Source: Eledone cirrhosa
Lineage: Eukaryota
Length of the DNA stretch: 64,000 nucleotides
Assembly (NCBI GenBank): GCA_964016885.1
Contig: OZ024741.1
Coordinates: 344,410,001-344,474,000 of the forward strand
Direction of reading: 5' to 3'
Below, piece after piece: positions 13,335 to 27,877 of the stretch. The notes below the pieces were generated by a model. It was given only the letters and a program-made list of their open reading frames with translations, searched no databases and was not told the DNA's origin. A program made the position numbers and the translations under genes. How positions within the stretch are numbered: position 1 is the first letter of the stretch; the number at the start of each line of letters is the position of its first letter.

Positions 13335-14160
13335 ATTGTTTCTACTTTTGGCACAAGGCCAGCAATTATCCCAGTGCATTACTGGTACATTATTTTATCG
13401 ACCCTATAAGGATGAAAGGCAAAGTTAACCTCGGCAGGATTTGAACTCAGACCGTAAAGGGCGGTAGCTCTATGTTCCAAAGCGTCCGACCCTCTACCGA
13501 TACTGCCAATCCACCACACCAATAACGAACACACGATGGATGTCAATGGTTTTAGAGCAGTGACATCATTATGGTATCAAATAGTATTTGGTCATTGACT
13601 ATAATACTAAATACCAGAACAATTGACCCGGTACTGATAGGTCAAGTTGTGGTTATTGTGATTCAGTTCTTAGTTTTCCTCAAGGCAACCCAGTTCGAGC
13701 AAACCTATTATCAACGGAATACAAACCTGATCCTCCCATGCTGTATTTACTATTATTCTCGGTGGGTTGGCAATATCAGTAGAGCGTTGGACAACATGCT
13801 TTGTAGCATAGAGTTGTGGCCCTTTACGTTCTGAGATCAAATCCCGCCGGGGTTAGCTTTGCCTTTCATCCTTACGAGTTCGATAATATAAAGTACAAGT
13901 AATGCACTGGGGTTGATTTAATCGACTTTCCCCTCCCCGAAAATTCTTGACCTTGTGCCTAAATTATTATTCTGTGTATTGGCAGTATTGGTAGAGAGTC
14001 GGACGCCATGCTTTGTAGCATAAAGTTACGGCCCTTTATGATCTGAGTTCAAATCTCGCCGAAGTTAACTTTGCCTTTCATCCTTACGGCGTCGATAAAA
14101 TAAAGTACCAGTAATACACTGGGGTAATTGCTTGTCTTGTGCCAAAAGTAGAAGCAATTA
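13335..14160. mobile_element. Cluster of octopus-type tRNA-derived SINEs: 13335-13520 (-), 13760-13965 (+), 13975-14160 (+)
   Basis: Each carries GAGTTCAAATCCCGCCGAGGTTAACTTTGCCTTTCATCCTTACGG..GTCGATAAAATAAAGTACCAGT or a variant. Other copies lie near 10525, 11067, 34535, 55115 and 57170. Confidence 0.85.
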
Positions 14161-14749
14161 TTATTCTCTTTGTGTTTGCCCTCAAAAAAAATGAGGCGAA
14201 AGAGGAGAAAAGAAAAAAAAACAGCTACATTCTTGAAGCATCAAATGTCAACACCCACACAAACACCACCATAATCACTACCACCACCGCCATCAACATC
14301 ACAACAGACACACCATAGACACCAACAACAACATCCTAAACACAACCAAACCCTCATCTGCAATAATAATAACAACAACAACAAATACAAACCCAACGAG
14401 AGAAAACAAACCCCACGAATTACACAGCCATAAATATAAAACCCAAGCAAAGACTGGTGCATCGCTTAAAGCACAACACCTCAATCACAGAACCTGATTA
14501 CATCACCCCACAAAAAAGATTAATTTGTCCACATATATACAGACAATAAACATCACACAAGAAACATACACTGTTTTCAAAACAAAATTACCTCATGCAA
14601 TTGAAGACTTCCGCATCACATTATCGAAGATAATATACTCCGACATTCTTATGGGGTGCCCTCATCTGGCAGAGGATAGGCATTACCAAGCTTCCCTCCA
14701 CACAAATAGGGTCAGTAATCCTTTCCCACTTTTCCTTATCTTTATTTAA

Positions 14750-15660
14750 TGTAGCTTTCCCCAGGATTTGGCACTATAAATGCACATTGCCTGGGGTCGT
14801 CATGGAAGCAGGACCACTTGCTCAACAACCTCAGGCCACTGAACTTAGATGTGGTGGCCATCGGTGTGACTAGAATAGACTTCGCACAGCCATTTTAGGT
14901 GGTTATGAGGTGTACGCATCTCCAGACCGTCCGCAATCTTGGAATGGAGTCGCTGTGTTGTTTCGAAAAGGATTAGATCTCACGATACGGACTATCTTCC
15001 TGGATACAGAGGGTAAGATGGTGGTGCTTGACGTGGCCAACAGCAAAGAGCCTGCTTTTATGCCTACAGGGCAGGAAGGCTTAATTTCTTCAGGCGTCTG
15101 GAGAACTTCCTAGGAACATCCCGCTCCTTAGTGTTGGTAGGAGACTGGAACGGTATCTTAGACGTATGCTGGAATTGTGTCGGACTAGCAGATAGAGGGG
15201 GTTGTAAAAGCCTCGCAAATCTGCTCAGGTGCTTTCAATTGTCTGACAGATAACGACTGGATTTCACAAATGTGACAATAGAGATATGGTCAATCCGCAT
15301 CGGGTCAACCAGATCGTATCTAGATAAGGTATTCTGTAGGGAAGTAGATAAGGCTAGCACACGGTGTTCACAATTCAAAGTAATCAACTACACAGATCAC
15401 AAATTCGTGATCTGATCAGTCGACTTAGATAGGGACCCGGTTACTGGAAACTGAACACGTTGTTGCCGGTACGTAAAGATTTCAAAAATCCGATTAATGA
15501 ATTAGTTAAGCGGGTAATCGTCATCAACAGATGGTCGTTCGCCTTGAAAAGAGCAATTAGAATAGAATGAATAAGGTTTAGTAAAAGCGTAGCGATAGAA
15601 TAAAACTAGACTAGAGGGAGAACTAGTTAGAAAGATAGAAGAGGCCATTAGAAAAGGCAT
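14750..15660 (+). mobile_element. L1/Tx1 ORF2 APE endonuclease remnant
   Basis: GVAVLFRKGL, LVLVGDWNGILD, SYLDKVF, TDHKFV and GPGYWKLN across frameshifts. Homologous to 45050-45918 (-). Confidence 0.8.
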
Positions 15661-16029
15661 CGCAGTGTGTGTATATATGAGTGTGTGCATGTGTGCTTGA
15701 TGATAACGATGATGATGATTATGATGAGGAAGATGATAATGATGGTGATGATGATGATATGATGAGGATGAGGATTATGATGATGATGATGATGATGAAG
15801 ATGATGATAATGAGGAGGGGGGAGAAGGAGGGGGGAGAAAGATGAGGAGGAGGTGAAGAAGGAGTAGGAGGGGAGGAGGAGTATGTGGGAGAGGGAGATG
15901 AGCATGGCGATGAGGAGGAGCACGGCGACGACAACGATGACGACGAAGAAGATGAAAATGAAGGGGGTACGAAAGTATTGGGACTAAATGAAGCTCCCTA
16001 AAGCATTTAGTCTAACAAACTAGCTATAT

Positions 16030-16762
16030 CAGACATGGGCAACTTTTTACAGCAGTGGGCCACATAGGATGTAGCTCATCATAGGCAGGCCACATAGGAT
16101 GTAGCTCATCATAGGCAGGCCACATAGGATGTAGCTCATCATAGGCAGGCCACATAGGATGTAGCTCATCATAGGCAGGCCACATAGGATGTAGCTCATC
16201 ATAGGCAGGCCACATAGGATGTAGCTCATCATAGGCAGGCCACATAGGATGTAGCTTATCATAGGCAGGCCACATAGGATGTAGCTCATCATAGGCAGGC
16301 CACATAGGATGTAGCTCATCATAGGCAGGCCACATAGGATGTAGCTCATCATAGGCAGGCCACATAGGATGTAGCTCATCATAGGCAGGCCACATAGGAT
16401 GTAGCTCATCATAGGCAGGCCACATAGGATGTAGCTTATCATAGGCAGGCCACATAGTATGTGGCTCATCATAGGCAGGCCACATAGGATGTAGCTCATC
16501 ATAGGAAGGCCACATAGGATGTAGCTCATCATAGGCAGGCCACATAGGATGTGGCTCATCATAGGCAGGCCACATAGTATGTGGCTCATCATAGGCAGGC
16601 CACATAGTATGTGGCTCATCATAGGCAGGCCACATAGGATGTGGCTCATCATACGTCGAGACGCACTACTAAAACATTCAAGGCAATCTGAAAATTAGAC
16701 GTGCCATTCATAAAGTCAAACGGGCTGCATAAACCTTGCGGGCCGCAGTTTGTCCCTGACTG
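16030..16762. mobile_element. hAT-like MITE containing an expanded 30-bp minisatellite
   Basis: Ends CAGACATGGGCAAC / GTTTGTCCCTGACTG are Charlie-like TIRs with subterminal GGGCCGCA/GGGCCACA motifs. No TSD is evident. Confidence 0.6.
16058..16653. repeat. 30-bp minisatellite, about 20 near-identical copies (GGCAGGCCACATAGGATGTAGCTCATCATA)
   Basis: Directly visible tandem array that explains ORFs 16024-16635 and 16047-16652. Confidence 0.97.
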
Positions 16763-16791
16763 AACCACAGTCACAACAATCTCTACTTGTT

Positions 16792-16895
<104 letters not shown>

Positions 16896-17033
16896 AAGGT
16901 TAAATAAGGTTCAATGAATAAATCAAAGAATGAGTTTTACAATAGATTGGAAGCACTCAACAGTATTGGTTTTCCGGAGATATTAATATTAATTCAAAAT
17001 ATTAACAAAAATAGACATTCGTGTGATCAAGTA

Positions 17034-17100
17034 TATTTTATCATACATATTTCAGAGGTACGGAGATATCTTCAACAGTACGTCCTCATCAGATAAAATA
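17034..17100 (-). ncRNA. Type I hammerhead, probably inactive (AUG at the cleavage triplet)
   Basis: Inverted copy of 17180-17246. It reads GAAAUAUGUAUG instead of ...AUA. Confidence 0.65.
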
Positions 17101-17179
17101 CGATGATGCATGACATACCCTGACTTACCATGACTGAATCTTAACCATCTACTAAGTCAGGGTATGTCACGCATCATCG

Positions 17180-17246
17180 TATTTTATCTGATGAGGACGT
17201 ACTGTTGAAGATAGCTCAGTACCTCTGAAATATGTATAATAAAATA
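17180..17246 (+). ncRNA. Type I hammerhead ribozyme (minimal stem III)
   Basis: TATTTTAT-CTGATGA-G..GTACTG..CAGTAC..-GAAAT-ATGT-ATA-ATAAAATA, with an 8-bp stem I and AUA cleavage triplet. Confidence 0.8.
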
Positions 17247-17287
17247 TACTTGATCACACGAATGTCTATTTTTCTTAATATTTCGAA

Positions 17288-17352
<65 letters not shown>

Positions 17353-17715
17353 ATACAAAAGTAATGTTGATTAGGTTTTGACAAGACATATGTGTGGAAA
17401 TGAAAATGGTTTGAGTTGTCGTGCTATAGTATAAAGAGATTGTTTTGTGATGGTTGAACTTATTCTATCAACATTGGATAGATGAAAGAACATTTTGGTG
17501 CCGGTGGGATTAGAAATCAGAAAGGAAGGTAGCAGGAACACTGGATAAAGGGTTATAACAAACACATAGTCGCACACACACACACAAATACACACCCACA
17601 TATACGCACACACACATTCACACACACGCGCTCGCACAAACACCCACCCATTCACCTACAAACAAAACTCATGCACGCACATACAAACACATACACGGAC
17701 ACACGCACACATATA

Positions 17716-17758
<43 letters not shown>

Positions 17759-17760
<2 letters not shown>

Positions 17761-17915
17761 CGAAGGAATTGAGGTAAGGAACCAGATGGACCATAACGCA
17801 CCAGAGTACTCAATACTTAGGGTAGTAGAGTGGGTACTAAAAAGTATGATCCCGACGGCAGAGCTCAAGAAATAGCCGTCGAAGCGGCTTGAGCTCTGCC
17901 GTCTGGGTCATACTT

Positions 17916-17920
<5 letters not shown>
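17759..17920. mobile_element. Short fold-back family carrying a hammerhead 3' half; copies at 20455-20545, 20645-20825, 21650-21840, 39025-39215, 51250-51290
   Basis: Copies share AAGGAACCAGATGGACCATAACGCACCAGAGTACTCAATACTTAGGG; the longer ones also share GAAACGGC-TTGAGCTCT-GCCGTC (GAAAC, stem III, GUC). All are flanked by (TA)n. Confidence 0.8.
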
Positions 17921-17947
<27 letters not shown>

Positions 17948-17951
<4 letters not shown>

Positions 17952-18689
17952 CAATTTAGTAGTCAAATACAATTATTAAGCTCTAAGAAAATACTTCTGA
18001 GCATTACAGTACAATTTAAAAAAGTATGATCAACACTAATGTGTTTTTTTGGGAAAATGACAAAATGTTTTTAGCCAGATAGAAATACCTTAATTCAAGT
18101 ACATATAGTCCGCCTGTATCGATCTAGAAAATATTAAATATTAAATCTATACTTACAGACGTAAAATGGCAACTGCCTGGTGCCTAGACAGGTTTAAATT
18201 TCAAAATTCAAACCTTTTCAGCAGATCGGTCGGAACTTCAAAACATAAATCTGTTTCACAAGGGATGGTATACTAATGAAATAATTAATTAATTACGGAA
18301 CAACTATTTATAAAATAATTATTAGTGAAGTAATCAATTTTCTGTGATTTTCAATAGGCACCCAGATAAATTATAGTTACTTCTCCTAAGATAAGAATCT
18401 TAAGACTGATCTGTCGCAAGCCTAATACATGTGCTTTTGCACACGACCTTCTCAGCATTCTGGCTCATATCCATGGCACTAGAAATAACAGCCGTAAATA
18501 TGGGATTATGAATTCAGCTCTACCGAAGGAGCAGATTTATTTCAATTTAGTAGTCAAATACAATTATTAAGCTCTAAGAAAATACTTCTGAGCATTACAG
18601 TACAATTTAAAAAAATATGATCAACACTAATGTGTTTTTTTTGCAAAATGACAATAATTTTTTAGCTAGATAGAAATACCTTAATTCAA

Positions 18690-18695
<6 letters not shown>
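17948..18695 (+). repeat. Direct terminal repeat of about 155 bp (17948-18105 and 18539-18695), pseudo-LTR-like, in (TA)n
   Basis: Duplicated block ATTTCAATTTAGTAGTCAAATAC...CCTTAATTCAAGTACATATA at about 591-bp spacing. Confidence 0.75.
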
Positions 18696-18735
<40 letters not shown>

Positions 18736-19388
18736 TAACTGAACAAAAAAGAAAAACGAACACAGACATATACATATATGTGTTCAAATCGTATGGGATC
18801 AGAATCGCTAAGGTGAAAAAAATACTAACTACAGACAATAGGGTTTGCCAGACTCAATTTAAGAATAAATCAAGAAAAATAAATACAAACCATAATTGTG
18901 GTAACGACCGAACACCCGGACAGTTTTGATAAAACTGTTTCGCAATATAATTTGTGAAAAGGAATACCAAAGTCCTAGCTGATCAGCGGGTGAAGAAATT
19001 AGTATCCTGATCACTTCTAGATATAATAAAAAAAACTGTATAGTGTGTGTATATGTAACGCACGTGGTTCCCGAACTTAGCGTGTCTCGCACACTCACGC
19101 CACTAAAAATAGCAGCCGAGTTTACTCGACATTTGAATTAGCTCGACGAATTAACGGAGCCGAATATATCAAAGGCATGTATTGAGTTAGAAACTCAAAA
19201 TAGTCTCATTACAGTAAATTAGCTCTAGGAAAGAGGTTTTCCGAGCCGTATAGTATAATTTAATCAGTAACGTTTTTTATACCACAAAAAATGTTCTAGA
19301 AAAACGTTGAGAGTTGGTGAAATAAACCACTGCCACTAGTGGAACTGAATAATCAAAAACCGTAACGGAATATCGCATATCAAATCTT

Positions 19389-19453
19389 ATGTTTTGTCTG
19401 ATGAAAACGTACTTAAACACCATTGTACCTTTGAAATATGTATAATAAAATAT
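19389..19453 (+). ncRNA. Type I hammerhead ribozyme
   Basis: ATGTTTTGT-CTGATGA-AAACGTAC..GTACCTTT-GAAAT-ATGT-ATA-ATAAAATAT. Diverged relative of 17180-17246 that keeps stem I through G-U pairs. Confidence 0.7.
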
Positions 19454-19578
19454 ATATTCTGATTATGAAAATATTTTTCATTTATTAATATTTTGAATAA
19501 TATTAAATACTGTCGAGTGCTTCTAATCTATTGTAAAATTATATTCGTTGAATAATCAACGAACCATATTAATCTTTG

Positions 19579-19612
<34 letters not shown>

Positions 19613-19615
<3 letters not shown>

Positions 19616-19746
19616 TCATCATCATTTTACGTCCGCTTTTCCCTGCTTGCAAGGGTGGGACGGGTCTTATTCAGCACAGCATCTCTCCACTCGTCACGGT
19701 CCCTCGTCATCTCCACCGTGAGCTTCAATGATCTGAGGTCTGTTCT
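19613..19746 (-). mobile_element. RTE-clade LINE 3' end with (ATG)n tail
   Basis: Encodes [26 protein letters not shown], the typical RTE C-terminus, followed by (ATG)n. Confidence 0.75.
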
Positions 19747-19826
19747 ATATATATATATATGTGTGTGTGTGTATATATATATATATACATATATATATAT
19801 ACATATACATATATATATATACATAT

Positions 19827-19894
<68 letters not shown>

Positions 19895-20141
19895 GGGGAG
19901 TAGTACAGTGAATTATTGGTATTGGTACTAAATCAAGCACTCTATGCACAGGCAGAGTATATATAACAATTTTAAAAAACGAGCAGATCGATACTAGAGT
20001 CGGGCCCATAACTCCTACGGGTTACCTTGAGCCAATCCTCTGCGAAACGTGCGTGGAGTGTCGATACACTATCAATATTATTGTATGTTATGTAAACGAA
20101 ACTTCCTCGTTTTTTCTCTTATATATTTATATATATATGTA

Positions 20142-20202
<61 letters not shown>

Positions 20203-20357
20203 GTCTGTGTGTGTATGTGCGTGTGTCTGTGTGTGTGTGTGCGTGTGTGTGCGTGTGTGTGCGTGTGTGTGTAAAAGGTAAACAGAAATAACAACACAAT
20301 CGGTACAGTATATGGAAGGAATATATTAGGTTAACGCTTGAAATAGCAGGAAGAGGG

Positions 20358-20393
20358 TCTTAACGTTTCGGACGCTAGTCTTTCATCAGAAGA
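20358..20393 (-). ncRNA. Minimal PLE-type hammerhead
   Basis: Reverse complement reads TCTT-CTGATGA-AAGACTAGCGTCC-GAAAC-GTT-AAGA. A palindromic AACGTT replaces stem III. Confidence 0.7.
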
Positions 20394-20573
20394 AAGAATG
20401 AGAAATAAGATAGATTGAAGGGACGGGCGGGTTGGAATTGGATATATATATATATATTTCCTATTTCCCACTCTACTACCCTAAGTATTGAGTACTCTGG
20501 TGCGTTATGGTCCATCTGGTTCCTTACCACAATTCCTTTGTTATATATATATATTTATTAAAATACTCTATAT

Positions 20574-20648
<75 letters not shown>

Positions 20649-20823
20649 AACGAGTAGGACCCCGACGGCTGAGCTCAAGCCGTTTCGAGGGCTAATTCCC
20701 GTCGAAACGGCTTGAGCTCAGCCGTCAGGGTCCTACTCGTTCCTATTACCCACTCTACTACCCTAAGTATTGAGTACTTTGTTGCGTTATGGTCCATCTG
20801 CTTCCTTACCACATTTCCTTCGT

Positions 20824-20937
<114 letters not shown>

Positions 20938-21299
20938 TTTTCTTTTTTTTTTTTTTTTCTTTTTTTCGCGAGGTTTTTTATATGAAATCGTGTGTCGAAA
21001 CAAATATTGTTATACTTGGGGAGGGTCATATTGTTGTAATAATATTGCCAGGAATAATAACAGAACACACTCACTGTTTGGTTGGTTTTCGCTTCTGTAT
21101 CTTTTATATCAGTTAATTCATTCGGTCCTCAATGTTTACCATTGACTGACCAACGGTCAAAAATACAGATATAATATAGATATATACACATATATATAGT
21201 CTAACAAAGTTCTTTCGTTACACATCTGTCAGTGGTGCTATTATGTTCCTCCTGTTGTATTGTATATCTACGCCATCTTTATTTTATCTGAAACAGATA

Positions 21300-21331
<32 letters not shown>

Positions 21332-21353
21332 ATATGTATATATATATATATAC

Positions 21354-21490
<137 letters not shown>

Positions 21491-21837
21491 ACCAGGCGAT
21501 GCGTTATGTCCTTGAGCAAGACACTTTATTTCACGTTGCTCCTTCTACCTGGAGTTGCGACCGATAGATAGTATTAGCAATTGGAAAGACCAACGGAAAC
21601 ATTGTTCCCACGGTCTGATTTGACGAAAGTCGATCGTTCCTATATATATATAACGAAGGAATTGTGGTAAGGAACCAGATGGACCATAACGCACCAGAGT
21701 ACTCAATACTTACGGTAGTAGAGTGGGTAATAGGAAATGGTATGACCCAGACGGCAGAGCTCATCCGTTTCGACGGCTATTTCCAGAAATACCCGTCGAA
21801 AAGGCTTGAGCTCTGCCGTCGGGGTCAAACCTTTTCC

Positions 21838-21869
<32 letters not shown>

Positions 21870-21939
21870 CATTTCTGTTTCGAAACTGTCTTCTTTATTT
21901 GCTGCTATCATTTCATCGAAATGGAAATGACTCTAGTGA

Positions 21940-22312
21940 AGAATAACAACAACGAAGATGTCGATGATATTGACGATGATGATGATCCTAGGTTGTGTGG
22001 TGGTGGCGATAGTGATGATCATAAACATGGTGGTGTTGGTGGTGGTGGGGATGATGGTGTTGATGATTATGCTGATGATAATGATGATGTTGATGGTAGA
22101 CATGATAAAGATGATGACGATAATGACGATGATGTGGAAAGTGATAATGATGATCATGATCCTCATGATGATGATGATGATGATGATGATGATTATGATG
22201 ATGATGATGATGATGGTGATGATGGTGATGGTGGTGATGGTGGTGATGGTGGTGGTGGTGGTGGCAGTGGTGGTTATGATGGCGATGGTGGTGACTACGG
22301 GTGTCGTGATGG

Positions 22313-22356
<44 letters not shown>

Positions 22357-23930
22357 AGTAGAAGTGATGATGGGGGTGAGTATGATGATGTTGATGATGT
22401 TGTTAGTGGTGGTGGTGGTTTGGTAGTGAGGTTACTGTTGTTGTTGTTAGTGGTGGTTATGGCGGTGGTGGTGATGGTTGTGGTGGTAACGGCGGCGGTG
22501 GTAATGGTGGTGGGGGTGATGGTGATGGTGGTAACGGCGGCGGTGGTAATGGTGTTTGTGGTGATGATGGTGATGGTGGTGGTGGTGATGGTGGTGCTGG
22601 TGATGGTAATGGTGGTGGTGGTGGTAATGGTGGTGGTAATGGTGTTGGTGGTGATGATGGTGATGGTGGTGGTGGTGGTGGTGATGGTGGTGGTGGTGAT
22701 GGTGATGGTGATGGTGGTGGTAATGATTGTGATGGTAACGGCGGCGGTGGTAATGGTGTTGGTGGTGGTGGTGATGGTGGTAATGGTGGTGGTGGTGGTG
22801 GTGGTGCTGATGGTGATGGTGATGGTGATGGTGATGGTGGTGGTAATGATGGTGATGGTAACGGCGGCGGTGGTAATGGTGGTGGTGGTGGTGGTGATGG
22901 TGGTAATGGTGGTGGTGGTGGTGGTGGTGGTGATGGTGATGGTGATGGTAACGGCGGCGGTGGTAATGGTGGTGTTGGTGGTAATGGTGGTGGTGGTGAC
23001 GGCGGCGGTGGCAATGGTGATGGTGGTGGTAATGATAGTGATGGTAACGGCGGCGGTGGTAATGGTGGTGTTGGTGGTGTTGGTGGTGGTGGTGACGGCG
23101 GCGGTGGCAATGGTGTTGGGGGTGGTAATGGTGGTGACGCTGGTGGTGATGTGTTGGGGTTGGTGGTGGTGGCGTCTCTTCACATACATAGCCAGTAGGA
23201 TTGAGAGGCTGAAGGCAACGTGATCAATAAACGGGCGGCATCGATTTTAGCAGATCAATTGGACTGACTGAGCAAACTTCAAATGATTATCGATTATATT
23301 GTTGTTATTGCTTTTGTAGTTGTTATTATTATTCGTATTGCTACTGGTGCTCTTCCTGATGGTGGTGGTGGTGGTGGTGGTGGTGGTGGTGGTGGTGGTG
23401 GTGGTGGTGGTGGTGGTGGTGGTGGTGGTGGTGGTGGTGGTGGTGTTGGTGGTGGTGGTGGTGGTGGTGGTGGTGGTGTTGGTGTTGCTGGTGGTGGTGG
23501 TTGTGGTGTTGGTGTTGCTGGTGGTGGTGGTGGTGGTGGTGGTGGTGGTGGTGGTGGTGGTTGTGTTGGTGTTGCTGGTGGTGGTGGTGGTGGTGGTGTT
23601 GGTGGTGGTTGTGTTGGTGTTGCTGGTGGTGGTGGTGGTGGTTGTTGTGTTGGTGTTGCTGGTGGTGGTGGTGGTTGTGTTGGTGTTGCTGGTGGTGGTG
23701 GTGGTGGTGGTGGTGGTGGTGGTGGTAATGGTGCTGGAGATGGTAATGTTGTTGTTATTGTTAGTAGTGGTGGTGGTGCTGCTGGAGATGGTGATGTTGT
23801 TGTTGGTGGTGGTGGTGGTGTTGCTGCTGCTGCTGTCGATGGTGGTGGTCGTGGTGGTGGCATTTTGGGGAGTAATGGGTGTGTATTGTGGTGGTGGTGA
23901 TGGTGGTGGTGGTGGTGGTGGTTGTGGCGT
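21940..23930. repeat. Degenerate (GAT)n/(GGT)n/(GTT)n trinucleotide field
   Basis: Low-complexity sequence that is open in several frames on both strands. Confidence 0.9.
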
Positions 23931-24311
23931 GAATTTTCAGTAGGAAGTGTAACGAAAGAGTGAGGTGTGAGTGAAGAGACGCAAAATGGAGTGAAGTGTA
24001 GAAGGAAGACAGTTGAGTGGGTATAGTGGGGTGACAGAGGCGTGTGAGAGGAAAGTGTAGGGTGGGGGTGGAGTTGGTGCTAGTGTTTAGATCGTTCGTC
24101 GAAGATCAATCGGATTCGCCAGCACACAAAAACTCTACACCGCCAAACCAAATCTCACGCACATCAACAGGCACATACCCCAGTAACAAGAGACAAGCAT
24201 ACACATATAACCACACACACAAATACACAGATACTTAAAGTATATATGATATATATATACACACACACAACGACACACAAAATTACACACACAAATACAC
24301 AGACATTTAAA

Positions 24312-24345
<34 letters not shown>

Positions 24346-24413
24346 CACTCACAATCACACACAAAATTACACACACAAATACACAGATATTCAAAATATA
24401 TATATGATGTGTG

Positions 24414-24469
<56 letters not shown>

Positions 24470-24537
24470 CATGAATAAATATTGAATGTATATATATGTA
24501 TGTGTGTATATATGTACATATATATATATATACGTAT

Positions 24538-24577
<40 letters not shown>

Positions 24578-24625
24578 TACACATGTATTTATATATATAT
24601 ATATGTATGTATGTTATACGTACAC

Positions 24626-24729
<104 letters not shown>

Positions 24730-24806
24730 GTGTGTGTACGTATAAGTCATTGATGCCTGATATTTTGTGTGTGTATGTATGTATGTATGTATGTATGTAT
24801 ATATAT

Positions 24807-24850
<44 letters not shown>

Positions 24851-24889
24851 GCATCCACGCATCCACACACATATATATGTATGTATATG

Positions 24890-24949
<60 letters not shown>

Positions 24950-24977
24950 CATACATATATATGTGTGTGGATGCGTG

Positions 24978-25014
<37 letters not shown>

Positions 25015-25261
25015 ATATACATACATACATACATACATACATACATACATACATACATACATACATACATACATACATACATACATACATACATACATAC
25101 ATACATACATACATACACACACAAAATATCAGGCATCAATGACTGTAGGAGAAAGTAGAACTCGAGAGTGCGAAAACAGAAGAGAGAAAAGAAAAGAGAG
25201 TAGGCTTGAAGTGTGTATGATAGTGGCTGGTGGTGATGTCAATATTGGTGTATGTGTGGTT

Positions 25262-25319
<58 letters not shown>

Positions 25320-25436
25320 GTGTGTGTGTGCGCGCGCACATAAGTATAATTTATGAAAGATGGATGTAGCAATATTCATGTATGTATGCACTTAGGCATA
25401 TGCACACACATCTACGTATACATCCATGCTCCGTAT

Positions 25437-25537
<101 letters not shown>

Positions 25538-25684
25538 CATATATATATATATATAGATATTTACATACTTATATATATGTTTATACTTTACATATATATA
25601 TATACATATTTATACTTACATATATATATATATATATATATATACGTGTGTGTGTGTATACATCTACGTATATATGTGTGTGTA

Positions 25685-25720
<36 letters not shown>

Positions 25721-25739
25721 CATGGATACATACACACAT

Positions 25740-25772
<33 letters not shown>

Positions 25773-26289
25773 ACGAGAAAGAAATGGGGAGGAAGGGGAA
25801 AGGATGTAAGGCAATCTGAGGAACAGATATTCAAAGAAGAATATTTCGCCGTTTATATTATAACAACGGCTGATATGTCATCTTCTATGATATCAGGCAG
25901 TAGACATATGTTTTCTAAGGAAATAGGAACTACTGAAGAATCCTCTTATAACGATATGAAACCAATGATATGATAACATGTATATTAAATGTAGACATGT
26001 GTTCGTGTATGGTATCAATATCTGAGGTTTTAGTCCATGTCTGTCTCCGAGATAATATCAAGGAAATGTATCGTTAAATTCCTCTCCTCCGTTGTTTTCG
26101 ATGATGAATTCTAGTTGTTTGATCTACATAACCCTCTACGTATTGAATTGTAATGTAAATGGTTGAGTATCTCATAGACACCTGTACTACAGTAAATATA
26201 ATTTTTCAGGTGAAATGAACGTGGCCATGTGTACGACAAGGCAGGCCCTTTGCTGTACAGATATCGTCCTCTTTGTATTGAGGCCTACG

Positions 26290-27536
26290 TGGTAATGAGG
26301 TGCCTTGGCAGAGTGGTTAGAATGTCGAGTAGAACCCTTTGTAGTATTCATTCCCTCTTTCTGTGCACTAATTTAAAATCAAGCCATGGTCAATTCTGCC
26401 TTTCATCCATTCGAGGTCTATAAAAAAATATACATGTCCAGTACTGAGGTCAATTCTTCCTCTATATCTCTTTCTCCCTCGTTTCCTGTCATTCTCTCTC
26501 TCTCTCCTTCTGTGAGAGAAATCTTCTGTGTTCAGATCTGGAGAGGAGATGGGCTCCAAGAAACGCCATATGTGTCTACAGCACCTCTACAACACCACTA
26601 GAAGTTACGGGTACATACACAAGTGACAATGGCTCTTCCAGCGCATCTCCATTACCATCCTCCGGGGAAACGCCTTCTCGTTTCTGTCCGCTGGGGCTGT
26701 GTGTGTGTAGGGGGGGGGGGCAGTACGTGGGTCCCCATTTGCTCACCATACAGAGAGATGGGGTGAGCGACAGAGATGGAGGCGATGACAGAGTATTCCA
26801 CAAACACTTGTACTCTTTGTGTAATCCTAAGTCCGAGGCTAAAGTTGTGTGATAGACGATGTGTTGAAGTTGTCTCTGAATTACAGAGACTACCTTTCTT
26901 GTATATCGTGAAAGTGATTAATTCTTCCGCTGGCACTTGTGTGGCAGTATCGGTAGATAAGTCGGGCGATATGCTTTCCAGCATAGTTACGCCCCTTTAC
27001 GGTCTGAGTTCAAATCCCGCCGAGGTAAACGTTGCCTTTCATCCTTAAGGGGTCGATAAAATAAAGTACCAGTAATGTACTGGTTAATTGCTGGCCTTGT
27101 GCCAAAAGTAGAACCAATTATTAAAGTAATCTTTACGTTTTGAGTTCAAATCCCGCCGAGGTTAACTTTGCCTTTCATCCTTACGGGGTCGATAAAATAA
27201 AGTACCAGTAATGCAGTGAGATAATTGCTGGCCTTGTGCCGAAAATAGAAACAATTATTAAAGTAATCTTCCAGTAGAATAATCATCACAATATAAGAGG
27301 AGACTGACTCTTTGGATTACGGGAACAGTATTTATATTTTATAGGGGGCGAATTGGCAGAGTCGTTGGAATGTTGGATAAAATGCTTTGAGGTGGTCTTC
27401 CAGCTATCTGATCTTTGAGTTCAAATCTCACCGAAGTCAACTTTGACTTACATCCTGTCGAGATCGATAACAGAAGTACCAGTCTAGTACTAAGGTCGGT
27501 TGTACACTATATATCTTTTTCTCGCTTCATTTCTAT

Positions 27537-27595
<59 letters not shown>

Positions 27596-27841
27596 TCCTC
27601 TATCTGTAATATATTTGTAAATCTTAATAATTCGTCACATGTCCGTGTGTGTGTGTGTAGATATAAAATATAAAATATTACCTTCAGGGGTTTCACAACT
27701 AAACGGTCATTCAGTAGAAAAGAAATGTCATTATACATCTATCCAAAAACATATCTATAATCAAATGGTGATTATATTAAACATAAGTCAGAACTTACCT
27801 GAAATGGCTATTTAAATTTGCATATATGCATACACACACTC

Positions 27842-27877
<36 letters not shown>

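Noticed and set aside
16024-16652. MWPAYDELHP-repeat ORF, or a CRISPR-like array
   Set aside because: It is a pure tandem 30-mer with no unique spacers and no cas genes; the ORFs follow from the period being a multiple of 3.
21921-23943. Long Thr-, Val-, Pro- and Gly-rich ORFs (up to 421 aa)
   Set aside because: They come from a GGT/GAT trinucleotide field open in several frames on both strands, with no domain, signal peptide or splice evidence.
25780-26150. Possible minus-strand PLE RT remnant (IHFLDI)
   Set aside because: Only one short motif amid stops, too weak to call.
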